A stretch of DNA of 64,000 bases from an uncultured Pseudomonadales bacterium (GTDB lineage: Bacteria; Pseudomonadota; Gammaproteobacteria; Pseudomonadales; Pseudohongiellaceae). How positions within the stretch are numbered: position 1 is the first letter of the stretch; every line of letters begins with the position of its first letter. Under the pieces are notes generated by a model. It ran no database searches. It saw nothing but the letters and a program-made list of their open reading frames with translations, and was not told the origin of the DNA. The DNA lies in the NCBI GenBank assembly GCA_949372635.1, contig CASIAB010000010.1, positions 46,072 through 110,071 on the forward strand, given 5' to 3'. Positions 53,082-63,316 of the stretch are shown one piece after another. A program made the position numbers and the translations under genes.

Positions 53082-54466
53082 AAAATCTACTTAAGAATAC
53101 TGGCCTAACGGCAGCAGCCTGTCTGCTTGGACTGACTTCTAACCTCGTGTTAGCACAGAACGCTACCTCTCTTTCAGGTCTGCTAGACTTGGTCGAGAGC
53201 GATCGCATTGCTGAGTCTGCAGAGTATCTTCAACGTCAGCAGGAATTCGAACAGAGCGCGAGTAATCAGCAACAGATACTTGACACTACTAACGAGCGGA
53301 TTGTTGAGCAAGAACAAACTCAGGAGAATCTTAGTGACCAGTTTGAAGCTAACGAAATTATCATCCGCGACAAGCGCGAAATCCTGCGCGACCGCCGTGG
53401 TGATTTGAATGAACTTTTCGGCACTCTGCAAGGTGTAGCAGGTGACTTCTTGAGCAACTTCGAAAATTCACTGATCAGCGCACAGTATCCCGGCCGCTCT
53501 GAATTTATAGAAGACTTCATCGCGAAAGCGGGCAGCACCATCGAGCAGTTGAATCCAGAAGAAATAGAGCGCTTCTGGTTTTACATGCAGCAAGAAGTTG
53601 TTGAGTCTGCGCGTATTTCAAAATACAACGGCGATGTGTCACTACCTAACGGAGATACTGTAAACCGCAGCATCACTCGCATTGGTAACTTCAATGTCGT
53701 TTCCGAAGGTGAGTACCTGAGTTACGACGGTGATATCGGACACCTTCAGGTGCTTCCTCGCCAGCCAGACGGCGCTCTCCTAAGTGCTGCAAGTGCACTA
53801 GAAAGCTCGACTGGAGGCTTCACTAGAGTCGGCATCGACCCAACCGGCGGCGTAGGCGGCCAGGTTATGGCTAACCTAGTTAACTTTCCATCTGTTGAAG
53901 AGCAGGTTCGAAATAATTCCGGCACCATTGGTTTTATCATTATTGGCGTCGGTGTAGTAGGTATCTTAATTGGGTTCCTGCGGCTACTTATACTGACACT
54001 TGTTTCGATTAAAGTCCGTAGTCAGCTTAAGAGCGACAAAGCATCGAAGAAAAACCCGCTGGGTAGGGTCTTGTTAGTAGCTGAGTCTAATCCAAGTGCT
54101 GATACGGAAACGTTGGAGCTGAAGCTTGGAGAAGCGATTCTACAAGAGACGCCTGCGTTAGAGAGCATGCTTACCTTGATTAAGATGATCGCTACGATTG
54201 CGCCGCTAGGAGGTTTGCTTGGTACAGTTACGGGTATGATTCAAGTGTTTCAGCAGATCACAGTCTATGGAGCAGGTGACCCGACAATCATGGCTGGTGG
54301 TATTTCATCGGCATTGATGACTACAGTACTCGGTATCGTTGTGGCGATTCCCACGATCTTTATGCACACAGTAGTGAAGAGTCGTGCTGACAACATCATC
54401 CATATCCTTGAAGAACAGGCTACTGGCATGATCGCTCAGAAAGCTGAACAGTCAGCGAATCGCTAA
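53078..54466 (+). CDS. large MotA/TolQ/ExbB-family proton-channel protein (TtpC-like)
   Basis: 462 aa. Signal peptide, long periplasmic coiled-coil domain, C-terminal 3-TM MotA/ExbB module (IAPLGGLLGTVTGMIQVF). Confidence 0.8.
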   Translation: MKNLLKNTGLTAAACLLGLTSNLVLAQNATSLSGLLDLVESDRIAESAEYLQRQQEFEQSASNQQQILDTTNERIVEQEQTQENLSDQFEANEIIIRDKREILRDRRGDLNELFGTLQGVAGDFLSNFENSLISAQYPGRSEFIEDFIAKAGSTIEQLNPEEIERFWFYMQQEVVESARISKYNGDVSLPNGDTVNRSITRIGNFNVVSEGEYLSYDGDIGHLQVLPRQPDGALLSAASALESSTGGFTRVGIDPTGGVGGQVMANLVNFPSVEEQVRNNSGTIGFIIIGVGVVGILIGFLRLLILTLVSIKVRSQLKSDKASKKNPLGRVLLVAESNPSADTETLELKLGEAILQETPALESMLTLIKMIATIAPLGGLLGTVTGMIQVFQQITVYGAGDPTIMAGGISSALMTTVLGIVVAIPTIFMHTVVKSRADNIIHILEEQATGMIAQKAEQSANR

Positions 54467-54488
54467 CCAGTAAGCAGAGGAAGATACT

Positions 54489-55019
54489 ATGTATTTTGCA
54501 TTTCTGGACATTACTGACTCTGTGACTCTCTTCATGGAGCGTGGCGGACCGGTGCTTAACATAATCGCCATGCTTCTCTTAGTGAAGTGGTCGCTAGTGT
54601 TTGAGAGAATCTGGTATATAAATACGACCCATAAAGCCAATGTGAAGAACACATTGGCAGCATGGAATGCGCGCGCCGACACAAAGTCTTGGAGCGCGCA
54701 TCAAATTCGCACTATGATGATTTCAAAAATTTCATTGGACGTCCGTAACACATTACCGATCATCGAAGTACTTGTAACCATCTGTCCTTTGCTTGGGCTG
54801 ATTGGAACAGTGACTGGAATGATTAATGTATTTTTTGTAATGGCCGTTACTGGCGGTGGTGATGCTAAGTCAATGGCAGGCGGAGTGTCTATGGCAACTA
54901 TTCCAACAATGGCTGGAATGGTAGGCGCCATATCGGGGATTTTCGCTTCTAATTATTTGAAAGCGAAAGTTGATCGCGATTTGGAACTGCTTGAAGATCA
55001 TTTGCCGTTGAGCGACTAA
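54489..55019 (+). CDS. exbB: MotA/TolQ/ExbB proton-channel protein
   Basis: 176 aa. CPLLGLIGTVTGMINVF motif and three TM helices. Confidence 0.85.
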   Translation: MYFAFLDITDSVTLFMERGGPVLNIIAMLLLVKWSLVFERIWYINTTHKANVKNTLAAWNARADTKSWSAHQIRTMMISKISLDVRNTLPIIEVLVTICPLLGLIGTVTGMINVFFVMAVTGGGDAKSMAGGVSMATIPTMAGMVGAISGIFASNYLKAKVDRDLELLEDHLPLSD

Positions 55020-55109
55020 TTGGCGTTACTAATTAAGCTTTGATAAAAAGATTGACTACTCAATAACCTTTGTATTTTTGATCGAAATTATTCGAATCAA
55101 GGGGAAATA

Positions 55110-55517
55110 ATGAAATCAGGTTTAATGAAAAGAAAAGACGACGAAGGAGCCGGTGAGATTGATCTCACCCCCATGCTTGATGTTGTTTTTATTCTTCTAA
55201 TTTTCTTTATTGTAACCTCGGTATTTGTTACCGAAGCGGGTATCGAAGTCACTAGGCCGGAAGCCTCCACTGCAGAGAGCAAAAAAGGTGACCTTATACT
55301 TATTGCTGTAGGCCCGAGTGGCGATATCTGGATCGATGGTGATCAGGTGGATCCTCGCTTTATACGTTCACGTTTTGAATTGCGGTTAGCCGATGCCCCA
55401 AATTCAGCTATTATAATTCAGGCCGACACTGGTGCTGACAATGAGCAGGTAATGCTTATTTTAGGGGCGGCCAGAGAGGCGAATATTACTGACGTATCAA
55501 TTTCAGCGGAGGCATAG
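55110..55517 (+). CDS. exbD: biopolymer transport protein ExbD/TolR
   Basis: 135 aa. IDLTPMLDVVFILLIFFIV with the conserved Asp in the TM helix. Confidence 0.9.
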   Translation: MKSGLMKRKDDEGAGEIDLTPMLDVVFILLIFFIVTSVFVTEAGIEVTRPEASTAESKKGDLILIAVGPSGDIWIDGDQVDPRFIRSRFELRLADAPNSAIIIQADTGADNEQVMLILGAAREANITDVSISAEA

Positions 55518-55520
55518 ACT

Positions 55521-56138
55521 ATGATCGTGATCAGATGGGCTGTTTCCATGCTTATGGCAGCCGGCATTACATTAGGTTTGTTTTATTTCATGCAGGCGTT
55601 AATTGCTACGGGTGCAGATCTTGACCAACGTGTTTCTGTAGTAAAAATTGTCGATGCAACAATGCCAGAGATTGAGTTGGAAGTTATAGAAGAAATCGAT
55701 AAGCCTGAACCGATTCAGGACGACACCGAAGTTGTAGAAGAAGTTCCAGACCGCCAGGTAAACCTATCTGATGGCCCATCTCTTAATATCGAACGTGCAT
55801 CGATAGAAATAGATACTGGTCTGCAACTGAGCAACGCATCGATATCTGCTACAGACGGCGACATGTTGCCTCTGGTAGCAATTGCACCTCAATATCCTAC
55901 TCGAGCAGCGCAGCGTGGGATTGAAGGATGGTGTCTGGTTAGCTTTACGGTAAATGGTCTTGGTAACGTTGAAGAAGATACAATTGTAGTTGTAGATGCT
56001 GAGCCATCATCAATGTTCGATCGATCTTCGATCCGAGCCGCCGGTAGGTTTAAATTCCAGCCGCGCGTTGTCGATGGGCAAGGAGTTTCTGTGGAAGATG
56101 TGCAGTACGTGTTCCGTTATGAGCTCGAGGACAACTAA
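55521..56138 (+). CDS. tonB: energy transducer TonB
   Basis: 205 aa. N-terminal TM anchor, acidic linker, C-terminal TonB domain (PQYPTRAAQRGIEGWCLVSFTVNGLGNV). Confidence 0.85.
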   Translation: MIVIRWAVSMLMAAGITLGLFYFMQALIATGADLDQRVSVVKIVDATMPEIELEVIEEIDKPEPIQDDTEVVEEVPDRQVNLSDGPSLNIERASIEIDTGLQLSNASISATDGDMLPLVAIAPQYPTRAAQRGIEGWCLVSFTVNGLGNVEEDTIVVVDAEPSSMFDRSSIRAAGRFKFQPRVVDGQGVSVEDVQYVFRYELEDN

Positions 56139-56140
56139 TC

Positions 56141-57499
56141 ATGCGACTACTTAATAAGCTTAGGTTGGGGTTTCTGGTAGCTTTACTTAGCGCCGTTATG
56201 CTGCCCATACAGTTTGTGAGCGCTGGAGAAGAGCAACGAGCTCCACCAGCTGCAAGAACGTCTGGTACCCTCGGCCCCGCAGTCTTGCGTGCCATTTCAG
56301 AAATTCAGGAATTGTTGCAGCCTGAAGACGAAGAAGAGGAACCCGATTACGCCGGCGCAAAGGCTGAATTAGATGAACTTCGGGAACGTCGCTTCGATCG
56401 CATGAATGATTTTGAAAAATCAACATTGCTTAGTTTTTACACTAACTATTATCTTAATACTGAAGACTACATAGGCGCCATTGGCATTTTTGAAGAGATG
56501 TTGCTAATTGAGACGCTTCGTGAAGACCAGCGGCTTCGGACTCATAGATCTCTTGGGCAACTGTTGGCCTCTGAAGAGGAGTGGCGGGGATCTATCGACA
56601 ACTATCAGGAATGGCGTAACTTGTCAGTGGAAGAAGACGAAATCGTTTATCGTGGTCTCTCCTACGCGCATTACCAACTCGAAGAGTTCGAAGAGGCTAT
56701 GCCATTCTGGATTGCGCGCATGGAGTTATTGCTGGCCACAGGCGAAACTCTCGAGAGAGATGACTATGCGTATCTAAATGGAATCTATTTCACGCTGGAA
56801 GACTTTGAGTCCGCATTAGACCTTACAAAGACCATGATAGTGCTGTTTGATGATAGGGCTGATTGGCAGAATCTCAGTGCAATCTATTCCAGCTTGGAAC
56901 AAGATGACCGTGGTGTGCAGGCGTTAAACCTTTTTTACTTGAAAGGGTTAATTGAAGATGACACTCGCTACATCAACCTGGCTCAATCTCTCGCGGGGAT
57001 GGAAATACCTTACAGTGGAAGTAAAATACTGGCAGAGGGCATGGATAAGGACTTGGTCGAAAGAGACGAAGACAACTTAACACGCCTCACTCAAATGCAT
57101 CTGATGGCTTACGAATATGAGAGCGCGCTTGAACCTGCCATGGCGGCAGCTGAGGCAGATGAGACCGGCGACGGCTACGATACGCTCGGTTACATCCATT
57201 ACGTGCTGCATGACTATGAGTCAGCTGCAGAGGCATTTCAGTCTGCAATCGACAAAGGGGATCTAAGTGATCGCTCTGATACGCTGATGTTTCTTTCTAG
57301 AGCACATCTTGAATTGCGCGATTTCGATGCTGCTGAAGAAGCGGCTAGAGACGCAGCAGATATAGGCGATGAACGTGCTAGTGGTTCAGCAAGGGATTTT
57401 CTGCGAGCAATAGATGGACGACGCACTTTTTACAACACAATTTCTGGACGCAAGGAAGACGCAATAGATTTCTATCAGCCTTATCCGCAAATTCAGTGA
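56141..57499 (+). CDS. TPR-repeat periplasmic protein (TtpD-like last gene of the TonB2-type cluster)
   Basis: 452 aa. Signal peptide and multiple TPR-like helical repeats. It starts 2 nt after the tonB stop. Confidence 0.6.
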   Translation: MRLLNKLRLGFLVALLSAVMLPIQFVSAGEEQRAPPAARTSGTLGPAVLRAISEIQELLQPEDEEEEPDYAGAKAELDELRERRFDRMNDFEKSTLLSFYTNYYLNTEDYIGAIGIFEEMLLIETLREDQRLRTHRSLGQLLASEEEWRGSIDNYQEWRNLSVEEDEIVYRGLSYAHYQLEEFEEAMPFWIARMELLLATGETLERDDYAYLNGIYFTLEDFESALDLTKTMIVLFDDRADWQNLSAIYSSLEQDDRGVQALNLFYLKGLIEDDTRYINLAQSLAGMEIPYSGSKILAEGMDKDLVERDEDNLTRLTQMHLMAYEYESALEPAMAAAEADETGDGYDTLGYIHYVLHDYESAAEAFQSAIDKGDLSDRSDTLMFLSRAHLELRDFDAAEEAARDAADIGDERASGSARDFLRAIDGRRTFYNTISGRKEDAIDFYQPYPQIQ

Positions 57500-57518
57500 T
57501 TTGAGGTCGCGGGTCAAG

Positions 57519-57546
57519 CTTGAATTCTTAGGCTAAGCCCCCACTT
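57519..57546 (+). promoter_or_regulatory. sigma32 (RpoH)-like heat-shock promoter candidate for htpG
   Basis: CTTGAAT (57519-57525), a 13-nt spacer and CCCCACTT (57539-57546), against the consensus CTTGAAA-N13-15-CCCCATNT. htpG is a classical sigma32 regulon member. Caveat: a terminator-like hairpin lies between this site and htpG. Confidence 0.4.
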
Positions 57547-57548
57547 AG

Positions 57549-57589
57549 AAACCCAGTCGTGTAGTTAAAGCTGCAGATTGGGTTTTTTT
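57549..57589 (+). terminator. rho-independent terminator downstream of the TonB-cluster TPR gene
   Basis: Lower stem 57549-57558 pairs with 57576-57585 (10 bp, one G-U). Upper stem 57560-57564 pairs with 57571-57575. A T7 run sits at 57583-57589. Confidence 0.7.
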
Positions 57590-57636
57590 ATGGGTCGAGT
57601 TTCGACTTAGTTAGCGCACATAAAGAGGATAGATAG

Positions 57637-59562
57637 ATGGCAACAAAGAAAGCGGAAACAAGGGGATTTGAGACTGAGGCGAAGCAGTTGCTTCACTTGA
57701 TGATTCACTCTCTTTACAGTAACAAAGAGATCTTCCTGAGGGAGCTAATATCGAATGCCTCGGATGCAGCGGATAAACTACGTTTCGCAGCGCTTTCGCA
57801 GCCTGAGCTATTAGAAAGTGGCGGAGAACCGAAAGTACAGATTGATTTCGACACTGAGAAAAATATTCTTGTTATCAGTGATAATGGCATCGGAATGACT
57901 AGAGACGAGGTGATTACCAACCTTGGCACAATAGCCAAATCGGGGACAGCACAATTCCTTGAGACTCTAACAGGTGATCAAAAGAAGGATTCTCAACTTA
58001 TTGGCCAATTCGGTGTTGGTTTTTATTCGGCTTTTATTGTCGCGGATAAGGTTGAAGTGCGGACACGCAAAGCGGGTACGCCAGAAAATGAAGCCACTCT
58101 CTGGGTATCCGAAGGCGAGGCAGACTATTCAATCGAGGCTAACGCTAAGACAACGTCTGGTACAGAGATTACATTGCATCTGAAGACAGAGGAAAAAGAA
58201 TACGCGGAGAGCTATCGTTTGCGCAGTATCGTAAAGAAATACGCCGACCATATTTCTATCCCGGTTTTTATGAAAAAGGAAGGCTTGGGAAGTCCAGATG
58301 CTGAAGAAGGCGAGGACAACAAAGACGAAGAAAAAGCGGTAGAGTATGAGGCTGTCAACGAAGCAAAAGCACTCTGGACTCGTCCTCGTAAGAATGTAAA
58401 AGCGAACGAATACAAGGAATTTTACAAGTCAGTAAGCCATGACTTCGAAGACCCTCTTGAATGGAGTCACAACAAAGTTGAAGGTAAGCTGGAATACACT
58501 AGTCTTCTCTTCGTGCCGGCTCGCGCTCCCTATGATTTGTGGAATAGAGATTCAGCGCGCGGGCTAAAGCTATATGTCCAACGTGTATTCATCATGGACG
58601 ATGCGGAACAATTTCTGCCTCTCTATCTACGCTTCATGAAAGGCATAGTAGATTCGAATGACATTTCTCTCAACGTTTCTCGTGAAATCCTGCAGAAAGA
58701 TCCCGTAGTCGATTCTATGCGCAATGCGTTGACTAAACGTACTTTGGACATGCTGGAGAAGATGCGCAAGAAGGATAAAGACAAGTACCTCGGTTTTTGG
58801 AATGAGTTCGGTCAGGCATTGAAGGAAGGTCCGGCTGAAGATTTTGCGAACAAAGAAAAAGTAGCGAAGCTCTTACAGTTTACAACCACGCATTCGGAGA
58901 CTGACGCACAAGATCAATGCCTTGACGAATACGTTTCACGCATGAAGGATGATCAAGAGAAAATTTATTATCTTGTTGCAGATTCTGCAAAAGCTGGTCG
59001 CAATAGTCCTCATCTTGAGATTTTCCGGAAGAAGGGCATTGAGGTTATACTGATGCATGATCGAATCGATGAATGGCTAATGAGTCATCTGCAGGATTTC
59101 GATGGTCATCAATTCCAAGACATTAGCCGCGGCGAACTAGATCTCGGTAAGTTGGAAGACGAAGAAGATAAGGAAGTTCAGGAAAAGACTGAGAAAGAAT
59201 TCGTAAAGCTGGTTGAACGAATTAAAGAGAACTTAGGTGACAAGGTCAAAGAAGTACGGGTAACTCACCGCTTGACCGATTCACCCGCATGTCTGGCTGT
59301 AGATGATAACGACATGGGTATGCAGATGAAAAGAATCATGGAAGCCTCGGGCCAAGCCGTACCAGAAACGAAACCAATCTTCGAGATAAACCCTGCTCAT
59401 TCATTGTTGGTTAAGCTAGATAAGGAAGTAGATGAAGATCGCTTTGGTGATATCGTCTCCATCTTATTTGGTCAAGCTGGGCTCGCTGATGGTGTACAGC
59501 TAGAAGATCCAGCAGACTTCTCTAAGCGACTCAATAAACTGTTGCTAGAGTTGGTTAACTAG
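57637..59562 (+). CDS. htpG: molecular chaperone HtpG (Hsp90)
   Basis: 641 aa. [23 protein letters not shown], full-length Hsp90 architecture. Confidence 0.97.
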   Translation: MATKKAETRGFETEAKQLLHLMIHSLYSNKEIFLRELISNASDAADKLRFAALSQPELLESGGEPKVQIDFDTEKNILVISDNGIGMTRDEVITNLGTIAKSGTAQFLETLTGDQKKDSQLIGQFGVGFYSAFIVADKVEVRTRKAGTPENEATLWVSEGEADYSIEANAKTTSGTEITLHLKTEEKEYAESYRLRSIVKKYADHISIPVFMKKEGLGSPDAEEGEDNKDEEKAVEYEAVNEAKALWTRPRKNVKANEYKEFYKSVSHDFEDPLEWSHNKVEGKLEYTSLLFVPARAPYDLWNRDSARGLKLYVQRVFIMDDAEQFLPLYLRFMKGIVDSNDISLNVSREILQKDPVVDSMRNALTKRTLDMLEKMRKKDKDKYLGFWNEFGQALKEGPAEDFANKEKVAKLLQFTTTHSETDAQDQCLDEYVSRMKDDQEKIYYLVADSAKAGRNSPHLEIFRKKGIEVILMHDRIDEWLMSHLQDFDGHQFQDISRGELDLGKLEDEEDKEVQEKTEKEFVKLVERIKENLGDKVKEVRVTHRLTDSPACLAVDDNDMGMQMKRIMEASGQAVPETKPIFEINPAHSLLVKLDKEVDEDRFGDIVSILFGQAGLADGVQLEDPADFSKRLNKLLLELVN

Positions 59563-59588
59563 CCTAGAGAGCACAGGCAAATGTGAAG

Positions 59589-59617
59589 CCCTCACAGCAG
59601 TATCACTGTTGAGAGGG
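59589..59617. terminator. hairpin between convergent htpG and argS (possible bidirectional terminator)
   Basis: CCCTCACAGCAG-TATCA-CTGTTGAGAGGG gives 11 pairs with one mismatch and one G-U. The flanking T-runs are weak. Confidence 0.4.
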
Positions 59618-59621
59618 TCCG

Positions 59622-61361
59622 CTACATCTTTTCTAGGGTCTCAATGCCCAGCAAATCGAGCCCCAGCTTGAGCGTATTTGCTGTAAGTGCAGACAACGCG
59701 AGGCGTGAATCACGCAGCTGAGCGTCGGCTTTTAAAATGGGGCATGACTCATAGAAGCGCATGAAAAATCCGGCTAGCTCATAGAGATAGTTACACAATA
59801 AATTTGGATAGCAGTCTCTTGCTACAATGTCCACGACTTCGGGCAGCTGCATAATTTTCAGTAATAGATTTCTCTCGGCAGACTCAGATACTGAAGTAAT
59901 CTGCAGACTGTCCAAGTTTGAATCCTGCTTTCTTAAGATACTGCGAATCCGTGCGTAGGCATACATAAGATACGGAGCAGTATTTCCTTCGAATGACAGC
60001 ATGCTAGACCAATCGAAAACATAGTCGCTGGTTCTGTTCTTAGATAGGTCTGCGTACTTAACAGCGGCAATTCCTACTTTCTCAGCGATTTCTGAGTATG
60101 TGGCTTCGTCTAAGCCTGGGTTCTTCCTCGAGACTAGTTCGTGAGCACGTCGTATCGCTTCATCTATCAAATCTACTAATTTGATTGTATCGCCCGAACG
60201 AGTTTTAAACGGTCGACCATCGCTACCCATCATTGTGCCGTAAGCGATATGCTCTAGCGAAATATTTTTCGAGGCAAACCCAGCTTTACGTGCGACGGCA
60301 AATACTTGTTGAAAGTGTAGCGATTGCCTGGCATCGACGACATACAGCGAGCGCTCTGCTTTTAGATTTAATGAGCGAAATTGAACAGCGGCCAGATCGG
60401 TCGTGGCATAAAGATAGCCGCCGTCTGTTTTCTGAATGATAACCGGTAATGGGTTGCCGTCCTTTCCTGTGAACTCCTGCATAAACACGCAACGAGCGCC
60501 GTTGGAAATTGATAGAAGGGAAGCGTCCTCTAATTTTTTTACAACACCTTCAAGATCTTTGTTATAGAAACTCTCCGCTTTCAGGTCTTTGCGGCTTAGC
60601 GTTACATTAAGCTTGTCATATAGTTCCTGACAGTGCTTTAGCGATTCATCGATGAATTGCTGCCAAGCTACTAAGTGATCTGCATCGCCGCTTTGAAGTT
60701 TTACAACACTTCTTCGTGCCGTATCAGCGAAGGTTGGGTCAGCATCGAACCTTTCTTTCGCCGCGCGATAAAAAGATTCAAGGTCTGAGAGCTCGGTTGG
60801 TAGATTGCCTTGTGAAGCGCGTAGTTCGCGCATATAGGAAATCAACATTCCAAACTGAGTTCCCCAATCTCCTACATGATTCTGTCGAATTATTTCGTGA
60901 CCTTGGCGCTCAAGCACACGCGCTAGGCAATCGCCTATGATTGTGCCACGCAGATGCCCAACGTGCATTTCCTTAGCCAGATTGGGCGAAGAATAATCGA
61001 CTACGATTTTTTCGGCTTTGTTTGCCGTTGGTATCAGTTTTTGCGTGCCGCTGTAAATCTCAGATGCACGCTGCATCAAAGCGGCATTAGATAAATGTAT
61101 ATTGATAAAGCCTGGACCAGCTACTTCTAACTTCGCTATGAGGGGGTTCGCATCTGCTGTTATTTTCTCAGCCACATCGCTAGCAAGTTGTCTGGGATTG
61201 GTTGCAACTTTTTTTGCAATCGACATGACTCCATTGCTCTGATAGTCACCGAATCCCGGCTGAGATGCAGTTATGACGTTCGGATCGCAATCAGCGAGGC
61301 CCGAGACAGTGCTTAGGGCTTCGCCAACGAGCTGATTGAGAGTGTGTTTGAGGGTATTCAT
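59622..61361 (-). CDS. argS: arginine--tRNA ligase
   Basis: 579 aa. SPNLAKEMHVGHLR (HIGH), anticodon-binding DALR domain, ends ..GIETLEKM. Confidence 0.97.
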   Translation of the reverse strand: MNTLKHTLNQLVGEALSTVSGLADCDPNVITASQPGFGDYQSNGVMSIAKKVATNPRQLASDVAEKITADANPLIAKLEVAGPGFINIHLSNAALMQRASEIYSGTQKLIPTANKAEKIVVDYSSPNLAKEMHVGHLRGTIIGDCLARVLERQGHEIIRQNHVGDWGTQFGMLISYMRELRASQGNLPTELSDLESFYRAAKERFDADPTFADTARRSVVKLQSGDADHLVAWQQFIDESLKHCQELYDKLNVTLSRKDLKAESFYNKDLEGVVKKLEDASLLSISNGARCVFMQEFTGKDGNPLPVIIQKTDGGYLYATTDLAAVQFRSLNLKAERSLYVVDARQSLHFQQVFAVARKAGFASKNISLEHIAYGTMMGSDGRPFKTRSGDTIKLVDLIDEAIRRAHELVSRKNPGLDEATYSEIAEKVGIAAVKYADLSKNRTSDYVFDWSSMLSFEGNTAPYLMYAYARIRSILRKQDSNLDSLQITSVSESAERNLLLKIMQLPEVVDIVARDCYPNLLCNYLYELAGFFMRFYESCPILKADAQLRDSRLALSALTANTLKLGLDLLGIETLEKM

Positions 61362-61520
61362 TATTTAGGCAAACGCAAAAAGGAAAGAATTGTACACCAT
61401 TATTCGAAGCGCAGATTGGTGTAAAATAGCAAATTCTTGAAATTAGTGAGCTCTTAGTGGCTTTAACCCCAGCTATCAACCGTTTGACCTTAATCTTTAG
61501 GTCTTCGCCAGAGGAAGTAC

Positions 61521-62474
61521 GTGAAAAGCAATACAAGTGTCAGTAATGGCGTGCAGCTGCTTCGCGTCGAGAAGTCTTATATTGGACAGCGCTTAGATAA
61601 CTTTCTTATAAGGCATCTCAAAGGCGTTCCTAGAACGCGTGTATACCGACTGATCCGTCGAGGTGAGGTTCGGGTTAATAAGAAGCGATGTAAGCCTGAC
61701 AGGAAGCTGGAGTTGGGAGATGAAGTTCGCATTCCACCTTACACATCTAGCTGCAGCGAGCAGACCGTAAAGCCGAGCCAGGCACTGCAGGAGTTTTTAA
61801 TAAATAGCATCCTGCTCGAGAATGATGATTTACTGGTGATCAATAAGCCGGCCGGCATGGCGGTGCATGGTGGCACCAGTGTCGCTATGGGCCTCATCGA
61901 AGCGCTCCGTCAATGTAAGCCTGAATGGGGTGAATTGGAATTGGCTCATCGGATCGACAGGGGTACCACGGGCTGTCTTATTATTTCTAAAAACTCTATG
62001 TTTTTAAAGTATATACAAAAACAATTTAAAGTAAAAAGTGTACAAAAAAATTATCTGGTTTTGGTTCATGGCAAATGGCCTGAGTCCCTTATTGTCGTCG
62101 ATGCGCCTTTACAAAAAGACCCCGTAGGGGAGAGTGAGCGCATCGTTCGAGTACTTAAAAGCGGCAAACCCTCCTTAACTCGCTTCGCGGTGAAGCAGCA
62201 TTTTAAGGGAGCAAGCCTAATTGAGGCGATGCCTCAGACGGGGCGTACCCATCAAATTCGTGTGCACTGCCAGTATTCTGGGTATGGAATAGTGGGAGAC
62301 GACAAGTACACCTTTAAGGCGAGCAATAGTGCACTCTCGAAGGTAAAAAACCTTTGCCTGCATGCTTGGAAAATCGAATTTGAACTGTCTGAAGGGGCTG
62401 CACCTATCCGGGTGGAAGCACCTATCCCAAATCATCTAAACTCCTTAATAAAAAAATTGGGTAAATATCTTTAA
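61521..62474 (+). CDS. rluC: 23S rRNA pseudouridine synthase RluC (RluA family)
   Basis: 317 aa with a GTG start. S4 domain (RLDNFL...SRTRVYRLIRRGEVRVN), catalytic HRIDRGTTGCL, TGRTHQIRVH. Confidence 0.85.
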   Translation: MKSNTSVSNGVQLLRVEKSYIGQRLDNFLIRHLKGVPRTRVYRLIRRGEVRVNKKRCKPDRKLELGDEVRIPPYTSSCSEQTVKPSQALQEFLINSILLENDDLLVINKPAGMAVHGGTSVAMGLIEALRQCKPEWGELELAHRIDRGTTGCLIISKNSMFLKYIQKQFKVKSVQKNYLVLVHGKWPESLIVVDAPLQKDPVGESERIVRVLKSGKPSLTRFAVKQHFKGASLIEAMPQTGRTHQIRVHCQYSGYGIVGDDKYTFKASNSALSKVKNLCLHAWKIEFELSEGAAPIRVEAPIPNHLNSLIKKLGKYL

Positions 62475-62561
62475 ATACATATGCTTACAGAATTATCTAA
62501 GCTAGAAAAATTGCGAGAAATCTTTGACAGATGACGACCATACGCCTATTATGCGCGCCTA

Positions 62562-63092
62562 ATGTCAGATAGCATTATTCCAGCCTATGCAGATACCCGT
62601 AAAATCTTCCAGCAAGAAGATTTTATTAGCGGGAATTTAAGCCTAAATAGGCTGCCTCGGTTCTCGAAGATTCTGGCGAATGACCAGGGCTTAGTGTCCC
62701 TAGAGCTGAAGTTTAAGTTTGGCGAAGCAAAAGAACGATTAATAGTGGGCAATTTGCAGGCCCAGGTAAATGTTTTCTGTCAGCGTTGTCTTAAGCCTCT
62801 ATCTATAGGGCTTGCAGACGACATAGCGCTGGCACTAGTGCGAGATGAAGAAGCGGCACTTCGACTGGACGCGAAGTTGGACCCCTGGATTTGCGAGGAC
62901 CACAAACTAGATCTGGTCGAATTGATCGAAGAGCAATTGATTTTATGCACGCCGATAGTGAGTTATCACGAGAGTGGCGAATGTATGGCCCAGAAGGATT
63001 ATGTAGCGGGTGAAAACGCTACAGAAAGTATTGCTAGCGAAAGCCCGTTTGCAGTGCTTAGATCACTTAAAGACAGTGAAACAAGCGATTAA
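62562..63092 (+). CDS. yceD: YceD (DUF177) 23S rRNA accumulation protein
   Basis: 176 aa. CQRCL ... C-terminal acidic region. It occupies the conserved position upstream of rpmF-plsX. Confidence 0.85.
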   Translation: MSDSIIPAYADTRKIFQQEDFISGNLSLNRLPRFSKILANDQGLVSLELKFKFGEAKERLIVGNLQAQVNVFCQRCLKPLSIGLADDIALALVRDEEAALRLDAKLDPWICEDHKLDLVELIEEQLILCTPIVSYHESGECMAQKDYVAGENATESIASESPFAVLRSLKDSETSD

Positions 63093-63125
63093 AACAATTT
63101 AAAGAATTTGTATTAGGAGATTGAA

Positions 63126-63305
63126 ATGGCAGTTCAAAAAAGCAAGGTCACCCGTTCAAGGCGTGGCAAGCGACGAACTCACGACTCCCTTACGGGACCT
63201 ACGCTGTCTACCGACCAGACGACTGGTGAGATTCACCGTCGCCATCACGTAACGGCTGACGGATTCTATAAAGGCAAGAAAGTTCTGGATATCGGCGAGA
63301 ACTAA
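63126..63305 (+). CDS. rpmF: 50S ribosomal protein L32
   Basis: Not in the ORF track (59 aa). Manual translation gives [64 protein letters not shown] lies 6 nt upstream. Confidence 0.92.
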   Translation: MAVQKSKVTRSRRGKRRTHDSLTGPTLSTDQTTGEIHRRHHVTADGFYKGKKVLDIGEN

Positions 63306-63316
63306 GGCGTTCAGCC

